Of a stretch of DNA of 18,079 nt, positions 7,098-17,112 are shown piece after piece. The notes beneath the pieces were generated by a model. The model made no database searches. It was given only the letters and a program-made list of their open reading frames with translations, and was not told the DNA's origin. The position numbers were made by a program, and so were the translations under genes. This stretch comes from Hormoscilla sp. (lineage in GTDB: Bacteria; Cyanobacteriota; Cyanobacteriia; Cyanobacteriales; Desertifilaceae): assembly GCA_051439505.1 (NCBI GenBank), contig JBFRWI010000216.1:1-18079 (forward strand), given 5' to 3'. Numbering within the stretch: position 1 is the first letter of the stretch; every line of letters begins with the position of its first letter.

Positions 7098-8342
7098 ATG
7101 GATCCAGAATTAGAGAACATCATACGAGAAATTGAAGCAATGGACTCAAGAGACTTTGGCTACCCAGACTCAGGATATAACAACCATCAAAGCCGAGGGT
7201 TACTAACAGCAGGTTGGCGACCTTTAAATCGAGAAGTGGATTGGGAATATTTACGGCATCTGGTGTATAACGATCCCTGGGAATTGACCCAGAAAACCCT
7301 GGGTTTCGTCAGCGATCTAGCAGATGCCTTAGGTCGGACTCAATATAGCTGGTGGGCAAATATATTTAATCTCTTCTCAGAAAACACCCGATATGAATTG
7401 GATGAATTTTGGGATTACATAACTCCCCAGCCCCTAGCCCCAGATTATCGATATAAAGATGTTATCAGTACAGAAGCACCAATAGTTCAGTCAGTCAGCC
7501 GCGATCGCATTCCCATCGATTATGTCCTCAACCGGCTCCAGGAGATTACCGTTTTCAAGATTCTGGAATTATTGTCCAAGCCAGAATTAATCACACAGTA
7601 TTACCTAGACCGACATTTTTATTATCCTGTAGAAAAATTTACCAGTTGGGAAAGGGTGGAAACCCTGGGCAGCGTTTCCGCCTACTGGTCAAAATTTCAA
7701 GTTTGGCTGCAAATAGATAATATGGGCCGCAGCCGGCGACGCTACACGCTGATCGCCCAAGACATTGCCCCACTGGTGAATAAAGCCACTTACAATCTAG
7801 CAGTGATGCTCAGTGGTTATCAAAATCGGATTGGACAGGTACATTCTCAGTTTCCTATTAAAACATTTCCAGCAGATATCCAAAGCTTCACTGACAAAGT
7901 TCAGCAGGCAATAATCGACCAAAACCAGCTAGCAGTTCTGGTACAAGGTGAACCAGGTACGGGGAAAACAGCCTGGACCCAAGCGGTGGCCAAAGAAATC
8001 TTAATGCCCCTAGGATATGTAATTTTTATCCTCGACCATGATGCGGTGGAAAACTTTATCCCCCCCAGTTACCTGGAACGGATTTGTCTCATCATCAATG
8101 AAGCAGATAACTTGGCCCAAGACCGCTCAATGGCAGCAGCTCAAAGAAATAATAAAACTGAGCATATTCTCAGTTTACTGGATGGAACATTGTACAATAG
8201 TGTCATAGAGGAATCGGGGGTGCAGTTGCAACAAAAATTCGTTGTATTGATGACTTGCAATACCACAGAAAGACTAGACCCAGCGATGTTACGCAAAGGA
8301 AGAGTCGATTGGACTTATGAATTTGTTCACCGATTTGTATAA
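7098..8342 (+). CDS. AAA+ family ATPase with an uncharacterised N-terminal region
   Basis: Walker A GEPGTGKT, Walker B-like LIINEAD, sensor-1 MTCNT, and SRH/Arg finger LDPAMLRKGRVD near the C-terminus. Confidence 0.88.
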   Translation: MDPELENIIREIEAMDSRDFGYPDSGYNNHQSRGLLTAGWRPLNREVDWEYLRHLVYNDPWELTQKTLGFVSDLADALGRTQYSWWANIFNLFSENTRYELDEFWDYITPQPLAPDYRYKDVISTEAPIVQSVSRDRIPIDYVLNRLQEITVFKILELLSKPELITQYYLDRHFYYPVEKFTSWERVETLGSVSAYWSKFQVWLQIDNMGRSRRRYTLIAQDIAPLVNKATYNLAVMLSGYQNRIGQVHSQFPIKTFPADIQSFTDKVQQAIIDQNQLAVLVQGEPGTGKTAWTQAVAKEILMPLGYVIFILDHDAVENFIPPSYLERICLIINEADNLAQDRSMAAAQRNNKTEHILSLLDGTLYNSVIEESGVQLQQKFVVLMTCNTTERLDPAMLRKGRVDWTYEFVHRFV

Positions 8343-8484
8343 TTGAGAATTGAGCAATTGTTAATTGAAAACTAGAGTAAACAAAGTAGCAACTAAGGCA
8401 AGACATCGATCTAGGGTGAATGGCACAGACATAGCAGACAAAAATTCTCAACAACTTTTTACCTACTGTCAGTGCTATTCTTAT

Positions 8485-8592
8485 GTAGCGTGGGCACTGC
8501 CCACCAGAAGCCACCAGTAGCACTGCCCACCAGAAGCCACCAGTAGGGTGGGCCGTACCCACACCTCATGCACTATCCAACGCTACCCCTAC
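8485..8592. repeat. GTAG-type REP-like cluster with a 26-bp tandem duplication
   Basis: GTAGCGTGGGCACTGCCCACC (8485) and GTAGGGTGGGCCGTACCCAC (8543). CACTGCCCACCAGAAGCCACCAGTAG is duplicated at 8495-8520 and 8521-8546. An inverted ACCCTAC end lies near 8592. Confidence 0.7.
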
Positions 8593-8667
8593 TGGAGATA
8601 CCGATCGCACCCCAAGTCCGATCGCCAGCTCCCAAGAGGCAAAAAACATAGTAGATATAATTAAGCC

Positions 8668-9054
8668 ATGAAAAAAATAATGCGCAGATCACAACTAGCA
8701 GTCTTAGCAATAGCAGCCTCCGCAGTCTGGTGGATACCAGCAGCAGAGGCACAGTCAGGCAGGCGATCGAGCCAAGCAGATGTCACCCTCTCAGGTGAAT
8801 CCCTGCGTACCATTGAGAGTCGCACGACATCTTCAGATTACCAAAGGTCATTTAACCGACTGTCCCCAGCTGGTGTTGATGCCTCGGCGGATCTCTCAAG
8901 AAGCCGCCAAGAGAATCAATTGAGAATAGACGAGCGCACGGAAGTAGTCGTTGATGAACTCAGTGATTCAGGGGACAATCTCAATTTGTTCAGGGTGCCT
9001 GGGGACGTGAGGGATTCTAGAAGAGTGCTTCTGAAGATAGAGCTGGGAGATTAG
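8668..9054 (+). CDS. Hypothetical secreted protein
   Basis: Basic N-terminus, hydrophobic core and AEA|Q signal peptidase site. Fills the gap between co-oriented genes. Confidence 0.75.
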   Translation: MKKIMRRSQLAVLAIAASAVWWIPAAEAQSGRRSSQADVTLSGESLRTIESRTTSSDYQRSFNRLSPAGVDASADLSRSRQENQLRIDERTEVVVDELSDSGDNLNLFRVPGDVRDSRRVLLKIELGD

Positions 9055-9209
9055 CATCCGCAAGGGTTTGGGGTCGGATAATCAGCGAAAATCTCCAACA
9101 GCTCAAATCGGGTTTCCTAGAGACATCGGCACTGATAACTGCACGGAAAGCTCTCCAGACAGGTTAAGATGGTGGTACTGGGTGCATCCGTGATGCCTTA
9201 TCTTGTCTC

Positions 9210-10769
9210 ATGACACAAACAGCACAAATACTCTCGCAACTACCAGGAGATGTCCTATCAGGACTGCGTCGGGCCGATCGACTCTGGCAAGCTATCAAAG
9301 AAAATACCAACCCCGTACCTCAGACAGTGCAAGAGAGCCCCCTCCCATTATCAGAGGTAGATGGGGATGTGGTGGTCTGCGGTGGCACCTTAGGCATTAT
9401 GATTGCCTGCGCCCTGCAATTACAAGGGCTGCGCGTGGCCGTAATGGAACGGGGAATCCTGCGGGGCCGAGAGCAAGAGTGGAATATCTGCCGCCGGGAA
9501 CTGGAAGTGCTCTTAGAATTGGAGTTACTGACACCAGCGGAACTGGAAAGGGCGATCGCCACCGAGTATAACCCAGCACGCATCAGCTTCCATGGTGGCC
9601 CCGATATCTGGGTGCGCGACGTACTCAACATTGGCGTAGATCCAGTCTATCTGCTAGAAACCCTGAAAAATAAATTTATAGCCGCCGGCGGTCAACTGTG
9701 GGAAAATACCGCCTTTACAGGAGCAGTCATTCATCCAGATGGGATCGCAGTATTATCGGGCGATCGGGTTTTCAAGACCCGCCTATTGCTAGATGCCATG
9801 GGGCATTTTTCTCCCATAGGGCGGCAGGCAAGGCAGGGGAAAAAACCAGACGCCATCTGCCTAGTAGTCGGCACCTGCGCTCAAGGCTTTCCTGGCAACG
9901 ACACCGGCGACATATTAGTTTCCTTTACTCCTCTGCTTAATCAATGCCAGTATTTCTGGGAAGCCTTCCCCGCCAGGGATGGCAGAACCACATACTTATT
10001 TACCTATATAGATGCTCACCCAGACCGTTTTAGCCTAGAATTTTTCTTTGACGAGTACCTGCGCTACCTGCCAGAATACCAGCAGATCGACCTCGACCAA
10101 CTGCAATGGCAACGAGCCTTATTTGGCTTCTTCCCCTGCTACCAGCAAAGCCCCTTAAAAACCCCCTTCAACCGCATTTTACCTGTAGGAGACAGTAGCG
10201 GTAATCAATCGCCTCTGAGTTTCGGCGGATTTGGTGCCATGATTCGCCACCTGAAGCGCCTGACAGCAGGGATTACCGATGCCCTGAGGAATAGTGCCCT
10301 TTCCGCCGGAGATCTCGCAATCTTACAACCTTATCAACCCAATCTCGACCTTACCTGGCTGTTTCAACGGTCGATGAGCGTTGGCCTGGGCCAAAAAATT
10401 CCTCCAGATCGAATCAACTGCCTGCTCGGGGAAATATTTACGATCATGTCTGAACTCGGAGACGAGGTCATGCGCCCGTTTCTCCAAGATGTCGTGCAGT
10501 TGCGCGGTTTATCCCAAACCCTGCTGCAAGCGACCTTCCGTCAGCCGGACTTAATTGTCAAAGTGATTGGGCAGGTCGGAGTGAAGACCTTAGCTGACTG
10601 GATGATTCACTATACCAACCTAGCGGCTTACAGGGCATTGTATCCCTTGGGACGATCGATCGCCCCCTGGACAAAAGCCTTACCGGGAGTGCAACAATAC
10701 TACTACCGTCGCTTGATAGATGCGTGGCAGTACGGTTCTGGGGTAGACTACAGCCAGATACAGGCTTGA
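9210..10769 (+). CDS. cruP: FAD-dependent oxidoreductase, CruA/CruP lycopene-cyclase family (CruP-sized)
   Basis: DVVVCGGTLG, ERGILRGREQEWNI, LLLDAMGHFSP, QYFWEAFP, GDSSGNQSPLSFGGFG, PFLQDVVQ, W.YGSG.DY. Its 519 aa match CruP rather than the longer CruA. Confidence 0.85.
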   Translation: MTQTAQILSQLPGDVLSGLRRADRLWQAIKENTNPVPQTVQESPLPLSEVDGDVVVCGGTLGIMIACALQLQGLRVAVMERGILRGREQEWNICRRELEVLLELELLTPAELERAIATEYNPARISFHGGPDIWVRDVLNIGVDPVYLLETLKNKFIAAGGQLWENTAFTGAVIHPDGIAVLSGDRVFKTRLLLDAMGHFSPIGRQARQGKKPDAICLVVGTCAQGFPGNDTGDILVSFTPLLNQCQYFWEAFPARDGRTTYLFTYIDAHPDRFSLEFFFDEYLRYLPEYQQIDLDQLQWQRALFGFFPCYQQSPLKTPFNRILPVGDSSGNQSPLSFGGFGAMIRHLKRLTAGITDALRNSALSAGDLAILQPYQPNLDLTWLFQRSMSVGLGQKIPPDRINCLLGEIFTIMSELGDEVMRPFLQDVVQLRGLSQTLLQATFRQPDLIVKVIGQVGVKTLADWMIHYTNLAAYRALYPLGRSIAPWTKALPGVQQYYYRRLIDAWQYGSGVDYSQIQA

Positions 10770-10953
10770 TGATTGTTCTTCTATTTGGCCTAGACATTTG
10801 GCTAAGAGCTGCAATCAATAGCCTAGAGAGCGAGCATTCATGGTAGATGACAAGTAATCCGCACCCCCAACCCCCACCCCCAACCAGCAGTGGGGCAAGC
10901 TGAAAGTAAATGGTATAGGTTTTAACTTTTTACTTCCCAAAGGTGATATCGGT

Positions 10954-12681
10954 ATGAAGAGGTGGCGACATCGTGCCTGGAGATTAATAAAGGCGTTGTG
11001 GCACAACGTCGCTACAGCTTGGGTGCATCTGAGTACTACGGACAAGTTGACACCGGCGTTTGCAGCATTATTGCTACTAATCGTATTAGTATCAATGACA
11101 GGCTTGCTAGCGTTAAAAACTGTACGTACTGAAACAGATGCTGCAATCATCACTAGCGTGGAAATCCAACGTCAGGTGATTGCCATGGATAAAGCTTTAC
11201 AAAAAGCCCGCCAGATAGAAAGGGACTTTTTTCTGCGCTGGTCAACCAATAATTTGGACAATGTTACCCAATTATATCTGAGAACTCATCAAAACCAAAT
11301 TAATAAAACGATCGACATTAGTGGGGGCTTACAAAAATTACTGGCAGGTGAGAATGTGAGCGATGCCTTGCGCCGTAGCAACCCAGAGGTGGTCAGTTAT
11401 GTCGAACTGGTGAAGCAATATTCTGACAGCTTCAATGACGCGGTGCGGCTAGTGGGTGATTTAAGTATGGATGATATCGGCCTGATGAATAGGCTACAAC
11501 AAAACTCTTCCTTACTGTACCTCAAGCTGCAGCTGGTTAACGATAGAATGTTGCTCAACCTGTACGAGCAGCTTAAATTTGCGGAAAAAGAATATCTGCT
11601 GACGCGCCAGCAGTCTGAAAAAGAGAAGCTGTTTGAGATCATTGCCCAATTGCGATCGGGGATTATCTCTAGAGAGAACATAGACGTTGCTAGACAAAAA
11701 TCTATGTTATCCTATTTGGAAGCTCATCAGGAAGTTGCCCAAGAGGTTAGCGAACTGGACGCCAATATCCGCAGCAGAATTACTAGCTCAGACGATCGAG
11801 CAGCGGCGGTTTCTAATAAATTGATCGACCTAGCAAACGAGGAAATTCTCCGGGCCCAAAAGAGAATTGCCAAGACTAGCGAGTTGGCGAGAAAAGTCCT
11901 CCTGGGGGCGATGCTAGTGGCATTGGTACTGGCCGTGATCATTGGGATTATTTTACGCTCGGCCTTAAAGCAATTGGAAGAAGAACAGAAAAAGTCAGAG
12001 CGGTTGCTATTAAATATCTTACCAAAACCGATCGCGGAGCGACTGAAACGGCAAGAGCAGACGATTGCCGATGACTTTGCCGAAGTGACGGTACTATTTG
12101 CTGATATTGTTGGCTTTACTAAGCTCTCATCCCAGGTGACTCCTATAGAACTGGTCAAGTTGCTCAATCGGATATTCTCGGCATTCGACCAGCTAGCAGA
12201 TAAACATGGGTTGGAGAAAATTAAAACCATTGGAGATGCTTATATGGTAGTGGGAGGACTGCCAGTGCCACGGGAAGATCATGCCTCGGCGATCGCCCGC
12301 ATGGCCCTAGACATGCAAAAAGTGATTGCCCAATTTAATGCAGAGCAAGCGCAGTACAATAGTCATAACACCCAGACATTAAAAATTCGCATCGGCATCA
12401 ACACGGGTCCAGTGGTGGCCGGAGTAATTGGGGTGAAAAAGTTTATCTACGACCTGTGGGGGGACACTGTAAATATTGCCAGTCGCATGGAATCTCACGG
12501 GATTGCCGGTTACATTCAGGTTTCGGAAGCCACCTACGAACACCTCAAGGAAAATTTTAGATGTAAACCCCGAGGGGCGATCGAAGTAAAAGGAAAGGGA
12601 GAAATGCTCACCTATATCCTCATCGGTCCCCAACTGAAAAACTTAGCAGCACCCCAGGGAGTAACTTCTTCTCAGAGATAA
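10954..12681 (+). CDS. Membrane-anchored class III adenylate cyclase with an extracytoplasmic helical sensor domain
   Basis: Two TM helices flank a ~260-aa helical region, followed by the linker EQKKSERLLLNILP. Catalytic motifs FADIVGFT, EKIKTIGDAYM and YDLWGDTVNIASRMES carry the Lys/Asp pair that specifies ATP. Confidence 0.92.
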   Translation: MKRWRHRAWRLIKALWHNVATAWVHLSTTDKLTPAFAALLLLIVLVSMTGLLALKTVRTETDAAIITSVEIQRQVIAMDKALQKARQIERDFFLRWSTNNLDNVTQLYLRTHQNQINKTIDISGGLQKLLAGENVSDALRRSNPEVVSYVELVKQYSDSFNDAVRLVGDLSMDDIGLMNRLQQNSSLLYLKLQLVNDRMLLNLYEQLKFAEKEYLLTRQQSEKEKLFEIIAQLRSGIISRENIDVARQKSMLSYLEAHQEVAQEVSELDANIRSRITSSDDRAAAVSNKLIDLANEEILRAQKRIAKTSELARKVLLGAMLVALVLAVIIGIILRSALKQLEEEQKKSERLLLNILPKPIAERLKRQEQTIADDFAEVTVLFADIVGFTKLSSQVTPIELVKLLNRIFSAFDQLADKHGLEKIKTIGDAYMVVGGLPVPREDHASAIARMALDMQKVIAQFNAEQAQYNSHNTQTLKIRIGINTGPVVAGVIGVKKFIYDLWGDTVNIASRMESHGIAGYIQVSEATYEHLKENFRCKPRGAIEVKGKGEMLTYILIGPQLKNLAAPQGVTSSQR

Positions 12682-12689
12682 GCAATATA

Positions 12690-13496
12690 ATGGAAGCACG
12701 AAAACATTTCTATCAGGAAATAATCTCTCCGCAAATCAACCTGGCAAAGGCCGCTCTTTACATTGCTCTCGAAGAGTACCCAACCCTGGATGTGGAAGCA
12801 TACCTCAAGCTATTGGACAGCATGGCCGCAGCGGTCCAAAAACGCTTGCCAGCCGATCGCTATCCTCTGCGAGTGATTAAAACTATTAATCATTACCTGT
12901 ACGATGAGTTGGGCTTTACGGGGAACGCCGATGATTATTACGACCCCCGCAACAGCTTCTTAAATGACGTGCTCGATCGCCGGACTGGCATTCCCATTAC
13001 TTTGTCCCTAGTATATTTGGAGATTGCTCGGCGGCTTGATTTTCCCATGTTGGGTATCGGCATGCCCGGACATTTTCTGATGCGTCCGGACTTTGAAGAT
13101 GCTGGCATCTTTGTCGATGCTTTCGATCGTGGCGAAATTCTGTTTCCGCAGGATTGTCAGGAACGACTAGCTCAGATCTATGGGCGGACTGTACACTTAT
13201 TGCCAGAGTTTCTCGAACCGATCGCTCCCCAGCAGTTCTTGGCCCGGATGCTGACGAATCTGAAGATGATTTACCTCAACCGACAAGATCCTCGCAAAGC
13301 TTTGGCCGCGATCGAACGTATTTTACTGCTTTTCCCCCAAGCACCCTACCAATTGCGCGATCGAGGACTTCTGTACTTCCAACTGGGACGGCCAACAGCG
13401 GCCTGTCTTGACCTGGAGAAATATCTGGCGATCGCTCCTGATGCACAAGATGCTGGTATGATTCGCCAGTTGCTACAGCAGCTGAGAAATAATTAG
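12690..13496 (+). CDS. SirB1/YchA-family transglutaminase-like protein with C-terminal TPR
   Basis: GFTGNADDYYDPRNSFLNDVLDRRTGIPITLS, GMPGHF, RMLTNLKMIY, RDRGLLY. Confidence 0.92.
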   Translation: MEARKHFYQEIISPQINLAKAALYIALEEYPTLDVEAYLKLLDSMAAAVQKRLPADRYPLRVIKTINHYLYDELGFTGNADDYYDPRNSFLNDVLDRRTGIPITLSLVYLEIARRLDFPMLGIGMPGHFLMRPDFEDAGIFVDAFDRGEILFPQDCQERLAQIYGRTVHLLPEFLEPIAPQQFLARMLTNLKMIYLNRQDPRKALAAIERILLLFPQAPYQLRDRGLLYFQLGRPTAACLDLEKYLAIAPDAQDAGMIRQLLQQLRNN

Positions 13497-13960
13497 GACT
13501 GAAGACTTTCTGCAACGAGCTTGAGGCGTTGCAGTTGGGCCTGCATGTCCGCCCTCGTCAAGCGTTGGGCAAAAGCATTAAAACCAAAGCGGATCAGGGG
13601 ATTGGGAATTTCAAAGGAAAATTGATTCCGCAGATGGGTTCCTCCTTCTGCCGGTTGGCATTCCCAGAGGTCTTGTCCTCGGAAAAATCCGGAAAACCCC
13701 CAGACCACCTTGCCCGGTTCGCGCTCGACCACCACAGTTTCCAAGGTAGGCTGCCACAGAGGAATCTGGATAATAAAGCGACCTCTAGCACCGATGCTAG
13801 TATCCCAAGTAGCTTCCTCTTGCGTGGTACCCCCTGGCTCACACCGGAGCATGGGGTGAAGCCATCGGTGCATCAAATCCCGCTCTGTGATGCAGCGCTC
13901 GACTACAGCAGCACTGGCATGAATGAGAATTGATTGCTCAAAAACTTGACTAGATGACAT
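13493..13960 (-). CDS. SRPBCC (START/polyketide cyclase-like) family protein
   Basis: FEQSILIHA..VERCIT...MHRWL.P.LRC, VVEREPG.VVWGF.GFF.G.D.WEC, QLQRLK..AE. Convergent with the SirB1 gene, overlapping by 4 bp. Confidence 0.85.
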   Translation of the reverse strand: MSSSQVFEQSILIHASAAVVERCITERDLMHRWLHPMLRCEPGGTTQEEATWDTSIGARGRFIIQIPLWQPTLETVVVEREPGKVVWGFSGFFRGQDLWECQPAEGGTHLRNQFSFEIPNPLIRFGFNAFAQRLTRADMQAQLQRLKLVAESLQS

Positions 13961-14185
13961 AGTTGGGATATAGATATGAAATGCTGCTGGGCGATACCAA
14001 AAAGCGGAGACCGTAATTATGGTAATGCCCTGTGCGCCAGGTCAGGAGCCGAAAATTATCGATCTGAGCACCGGTATGCTCGGTAACAGTCAGGAAACTG
14101 ACGCACTCGGGAGGATAATTCCAAGTTAAAGCTTCTATCTGGAGCAATGTTGGCAACTGACTATCGTTGAGGATAGAAAAAATCT

Positions 14186-15835
14186 ATGAATGAAATGTGG
14201 CAAGGCATAACTCAATCGGTGGGGTTAGGCCCAATAATGGCAACAGATCGGATGTCGGTGCCACCGACTCTGGCACAATTTACAATGCCCGATCTTTCCA
14301 GCTTAATCCCTCGTCTGGTGGATATCGCCATTGCGGTGCTGATTCTGGTAGTCGGCTTTATAGTGGCTAAAATTCTGGCAGGAGTGGCCAGAGGAATACT
14401 GAAAAGCACCAAGCTGGATAACAAGATCGCAGGATGGGTCACGGGTCGTGCCGATCAACCGTCAACGCTACAGACTGAGAAATGGGTCTCGGATATAGTG
14501 TTCTGGCTGATCATGGTGTTCGTGTTCGTGGCCTTTTTGGACGCCCTGAAGCTACAGGTGGTTTCTCAGCCCCTGAATAATTTCCTGAGTGAGATTCTGA
14601 CATTCTTGCCCAGGATAGCCAGTGCAGGACTTTTGTTGGCGATCGCGTGGGTGCTAGCAACCATCGTCAAGATGGTGGTGACGCGGGCGCTAAATGCCTT
14701 TAATTTAGATCGGCGTTTGGGTCAGCAAGTCGGTCCTCAGCCTGGTGGCAACCAGTTGGCGGTGAGTAACACCCTGGCAAATGCCCTGTACTGGTTCATC
14801 TTCCTGCTATTTCTGCCGTCCATTCTCAGCACTTTACAGCTTGAGGGCACGTTAGAACCGGTACAGGGGCTACTGGATGAATTCCTCTCGATTCTGCCCG
14901 ACATTGTGGCGGCGGGATTGATTGCTGTGGCAGGCTGGTTGGTAGCAACGGTGGTGCGTCGGATCGTTACCAATCTGTTACTGGCAAGCGGCGTAGACCA
15001 GTTGGGGTCGAGGTTTGGACTTTCTCCCACCAGCGACACCCAAACCCTTTCCCGGTTAGTGGGTACGATCGTTTATGTTTTGGTTTTGATTCCCTTTGCG
15101 ATCGCGGCCTTAAACGCTGTCGGCATTGAGGCCATCTCTGCCCCAGCGGTAGCGATGCTGGAGGATATTCTCGGCATTGTCCCCCTGCTGTTTGTGGCGG
15201 CGTTGATTTTGGCCATAGCTTACGGGATCGGCAGGTTTGTCTCGGATTTAGTGGCAGAACTCCTCAAGCAATTTGGGTTCAACAATATCTTTTCTTGGTT
15301 GGGTTTGCAATCAGTACAGACAAGTGATACTAAGCCGCCATCGGATGGCGAACAGCCGACTCTGCTGCAAAAGACCCAGACCCAAACCCCTTCAGAGATT
15401 GTGGGCACCCTGGTGCTGGTGGCCATCATGCTGTTTGCCACAATTACGGCAACTGATATCCTGGGCTTAAATGCACTGACATTAATTCTGGGGACGATTT
15501 TGCAGATAGCTGCTCAGGTTTTAGTCGGGGTAATAGTGTTTGCCCTTGGTCTGGCTGGCGCTAACTTCGTCAAAAACCTCATTATCAGTTCTGGCACTAA
15601 CCAAGCGGGATTTTTAGGTCAGGCTGCTTACATTGCGATTCTCATCTTGGTGGGTGCGATGGCACTGCAACGGATGGGAATTGCTCCGGACATTGTTAAT
15701 TTGGCTTTTGGCTTGCTTTTGGGTGCTATTGCTGTGGCGATCGCCCTGGCCTTTGGTCTAGGGGCTCGCGATCTTGCTGGCGAGCAACTCAATGAATGGC
15801 TAGCAAGCTTCAAGGGGGATAACAAAGGGGAATAA
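14186..15835 (+). CDS. MscS-type TM-helix repeat membrane protein (CmpX-like, mechanosensitive channel family)
   Basis: Repeated units of FLP.I..A.L......W..A..V...V...L....LD..L, many TM segments, and C-terminal AVAIALAFGLGARDLA. Confidence 0.85.
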   Translation: MNEMWQGITQSVGLGPIMATDRMSVPPTLAQFTMPDLSSLIPRLVDIAIAVLILVVGFIVAKILAGVARGILKSTKLDNKIAGWVTGRADQPSTLQTEKWVSDIVFWLIMVFVFVAFLDALKLQVVSQPLNNFLSEILTFLPRIASAGLLLAIAWVLATIVKMVVTRALNAFNLDRRLGQQVGPQPGGNQLAVSNTLANALYWFIFLLFLPSILSTLQLEGTLEPVQGLLDEFLSILPDIVAAGLIAVAGWLVATVVRRIVTNLLLASGVDQLGSRFGLSPTSDTQTLSRLVGTIVYVLVLIPFAIAALNAVGIEAISAPAVAMLEDILGIVPLLFVAALILAIAYGIGRFVSDLVAELLKQFGFNNIFSWLGLQSVQTSDTKPPSDGEQPTLLQKTQTQTPSEIVGTLVLVAIMLFATITATDILGLNALTLILGTILQIAAQVLVGVIVFALGLAGANFVKNLIISSGTNQAGFLGQAAYIAILILVGAMALQRMGIAPDIVNLAFGLLLGAIAVAIALAFGLGARDLAGEQLNEWLASFKGDNKGE

Positions 15836-15878
15836 ACAGCCCCGGTCTTAATTAACAATTTTTTCTCTTATCCTTACG

Positions 15879-15909
15879 CCCTCTCCCAATTTGGAAGAGG
15901 GATTTTTTT
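15879..15909 (+). terminator. Rho-independent terminator
   Basis: Hairpin CCCTCTCCCAA-T-TTGGAAGAGGG (one mismatch) followed by ATTTTTTT, 43 bp after the stop of the membrane protein gene and between convergent genes. Confidence 0.65.
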
Positions 15910-16048
15910 ATCTAACATTCGCCGTTGGAGAAACCCGCAGAAGTTAGAGGCGCTTTTCTTTTACTTGGGAATAAGTATGTAAGCTCCTTTGGTCAGGCTG
16001 CGGGTTATTTCTATCATAGTAGATATTGGCGGGAAATGACAAAGATTT

Positions 16049-16687
16049 TCATAACTCAAAGGGTTTCACGGCAAAATCTCCCAGAGTCATGGTAAAACTC
16101 TGCTGCTGTTTGCTAGCGACAAAGGTAATAATCACCTCGCAGGCGACAGCTACTGTCAGCATCACCAGATTCCGTGCCAAGGGATAATCGCAAACATCAT
16201 CATTGGCAGGGGAGGGGACGCGATAGATGTCATTCCAGATGACTTCGGCATAATCTGTAGCTAAACCTACATGCAAACAGGGCATATTTGCCTCAGCACA
16301 GTAATCTTTTACTGCTTGACGCCCGACGCTATTGTCAAAGGTGTCGATCGCCATGGCGCTTCCCTTTAACAACTGCGAGGCATTAGCTGAGTTTAATTCT
16401 TTGGTAACTCCATCTACAGCTACTCCCAAGGCCCGGTAGAGACTATTGGCGATCATTTTCGCTTTATAAGCACCAACATCGGATTTGTAGTATGGTTGGG
16501 TGGAAAGGTTGCGCTCCTCTATGCGATCGCGATCGATTATCCTCAGCTTAGCAAACCCAGTCCGCGCCAAGTTTTCGGTTATATTAGCACCCAGGGCCCC
16601 CGCACCGCAAATGGTTACGGGTAAATCTTTTAGCTGGGCCATCAATGCTGGCGTTCTGTAAAGTTGTTCGTGAAAGAAAATAGACAT
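16049..16687 (-). CDS. ThiF/MoeB/E1-like adenylyltransferase
   Basis: ICGAGALG nucleotide-binding loop, IDRDRIEERNLSTQ, DVGAYKA, IDTFDN. The likely start is the ATG at 16687 (MSIFFHEQLYR); the ORF track starts at an upstream TTG at 16705. Confidence 0.9.
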   Translation of the reverse strand: MSIFFHEQLYRTPALMAQLKDLPVTICGAGALGANITENLARTGFAKLRIIDRDRIEERNLSTQPYYKSDVGAYKAKMIANSLYRALGVAVDGVTKELNSANASQLLKGSAMAIDTFDNSVGRQAVKDYCAEANMPCLHVGLATDYAEVIWNDIYRVPSPANDDVCDYPLARNLVMLTVAVACEVIITFVASKQQQSFTMTLGDFAVKPFEL

Positions 16688-16807
16688 AATTTCTCGATTA
16701 GTCAATTAGTCAATTAGCCTCCTGGCCCGCCTTTTGTTCAAACCCAAAGGCTTTTAGCTAAAGTGGGTTAAAACCCACTCTCTACATTGTCTAGAAAGCA
16801 TTTTTAC

Positions 16808-16856
16808 CTTGTTCCCTGGCTCCGCCAGGGAACAAGTTATAGAGGCTCTTCCTCTA
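16808..16856. repeat. REP-like double hairpin
   Basis: Perfect 13-bp stem CTTGTTCCCTGGC-TCC-GCCAGGGAACAAG (16808-16836), then TAGAGG-CTCTT-CCTCTA (16840-16856). Confidence 0.7.
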
Positions 16857-17003
16857 GTTGGCAATGGTGCCAGATATGAGTTTTTACCGACTAATAAATA
16901 ATGCTTGAAGTAATTGTAGTATTGTTTTCCCCAAATGGGATAATTTCTTTTGGGATTTTTTTTCCGCACCCTTAAGCGATCGCCCGTGGAAGACCAAATT
17001 GAT

Positions 17004-17112
17004 GCGATCGCACCACCCCCCCCGGACCAGAAACCGGGTTTCTTATTTCAACTTTGGATAAGATTAGAAGATATCTCAGAAACCCGGTTTCTTGCAGCAA
17101 GGGGGCGATCGC
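17004..17112. repeat. HIP1-bounded AGAAACCSGGTTTCT dispersed repeat, copy 1
   Basis: GCGATCGC (17004), AGAAACCGGGTTTCT (17029), TTGGATAAGATTAGA, AGAAACCCGGTTTCT (17078), GCGATCGC (17105). Confidence 0.85.

Noticed and set aside
415..15858. Numerous short antisense or alternate-frame ORFs inside the long genes (e.g. 1798-2178, 9203-9571, 11727-12230, 13529-13933)
   Set aside because: They overlap well-supported genes and have no recognisable motifs; shadow ORFs.
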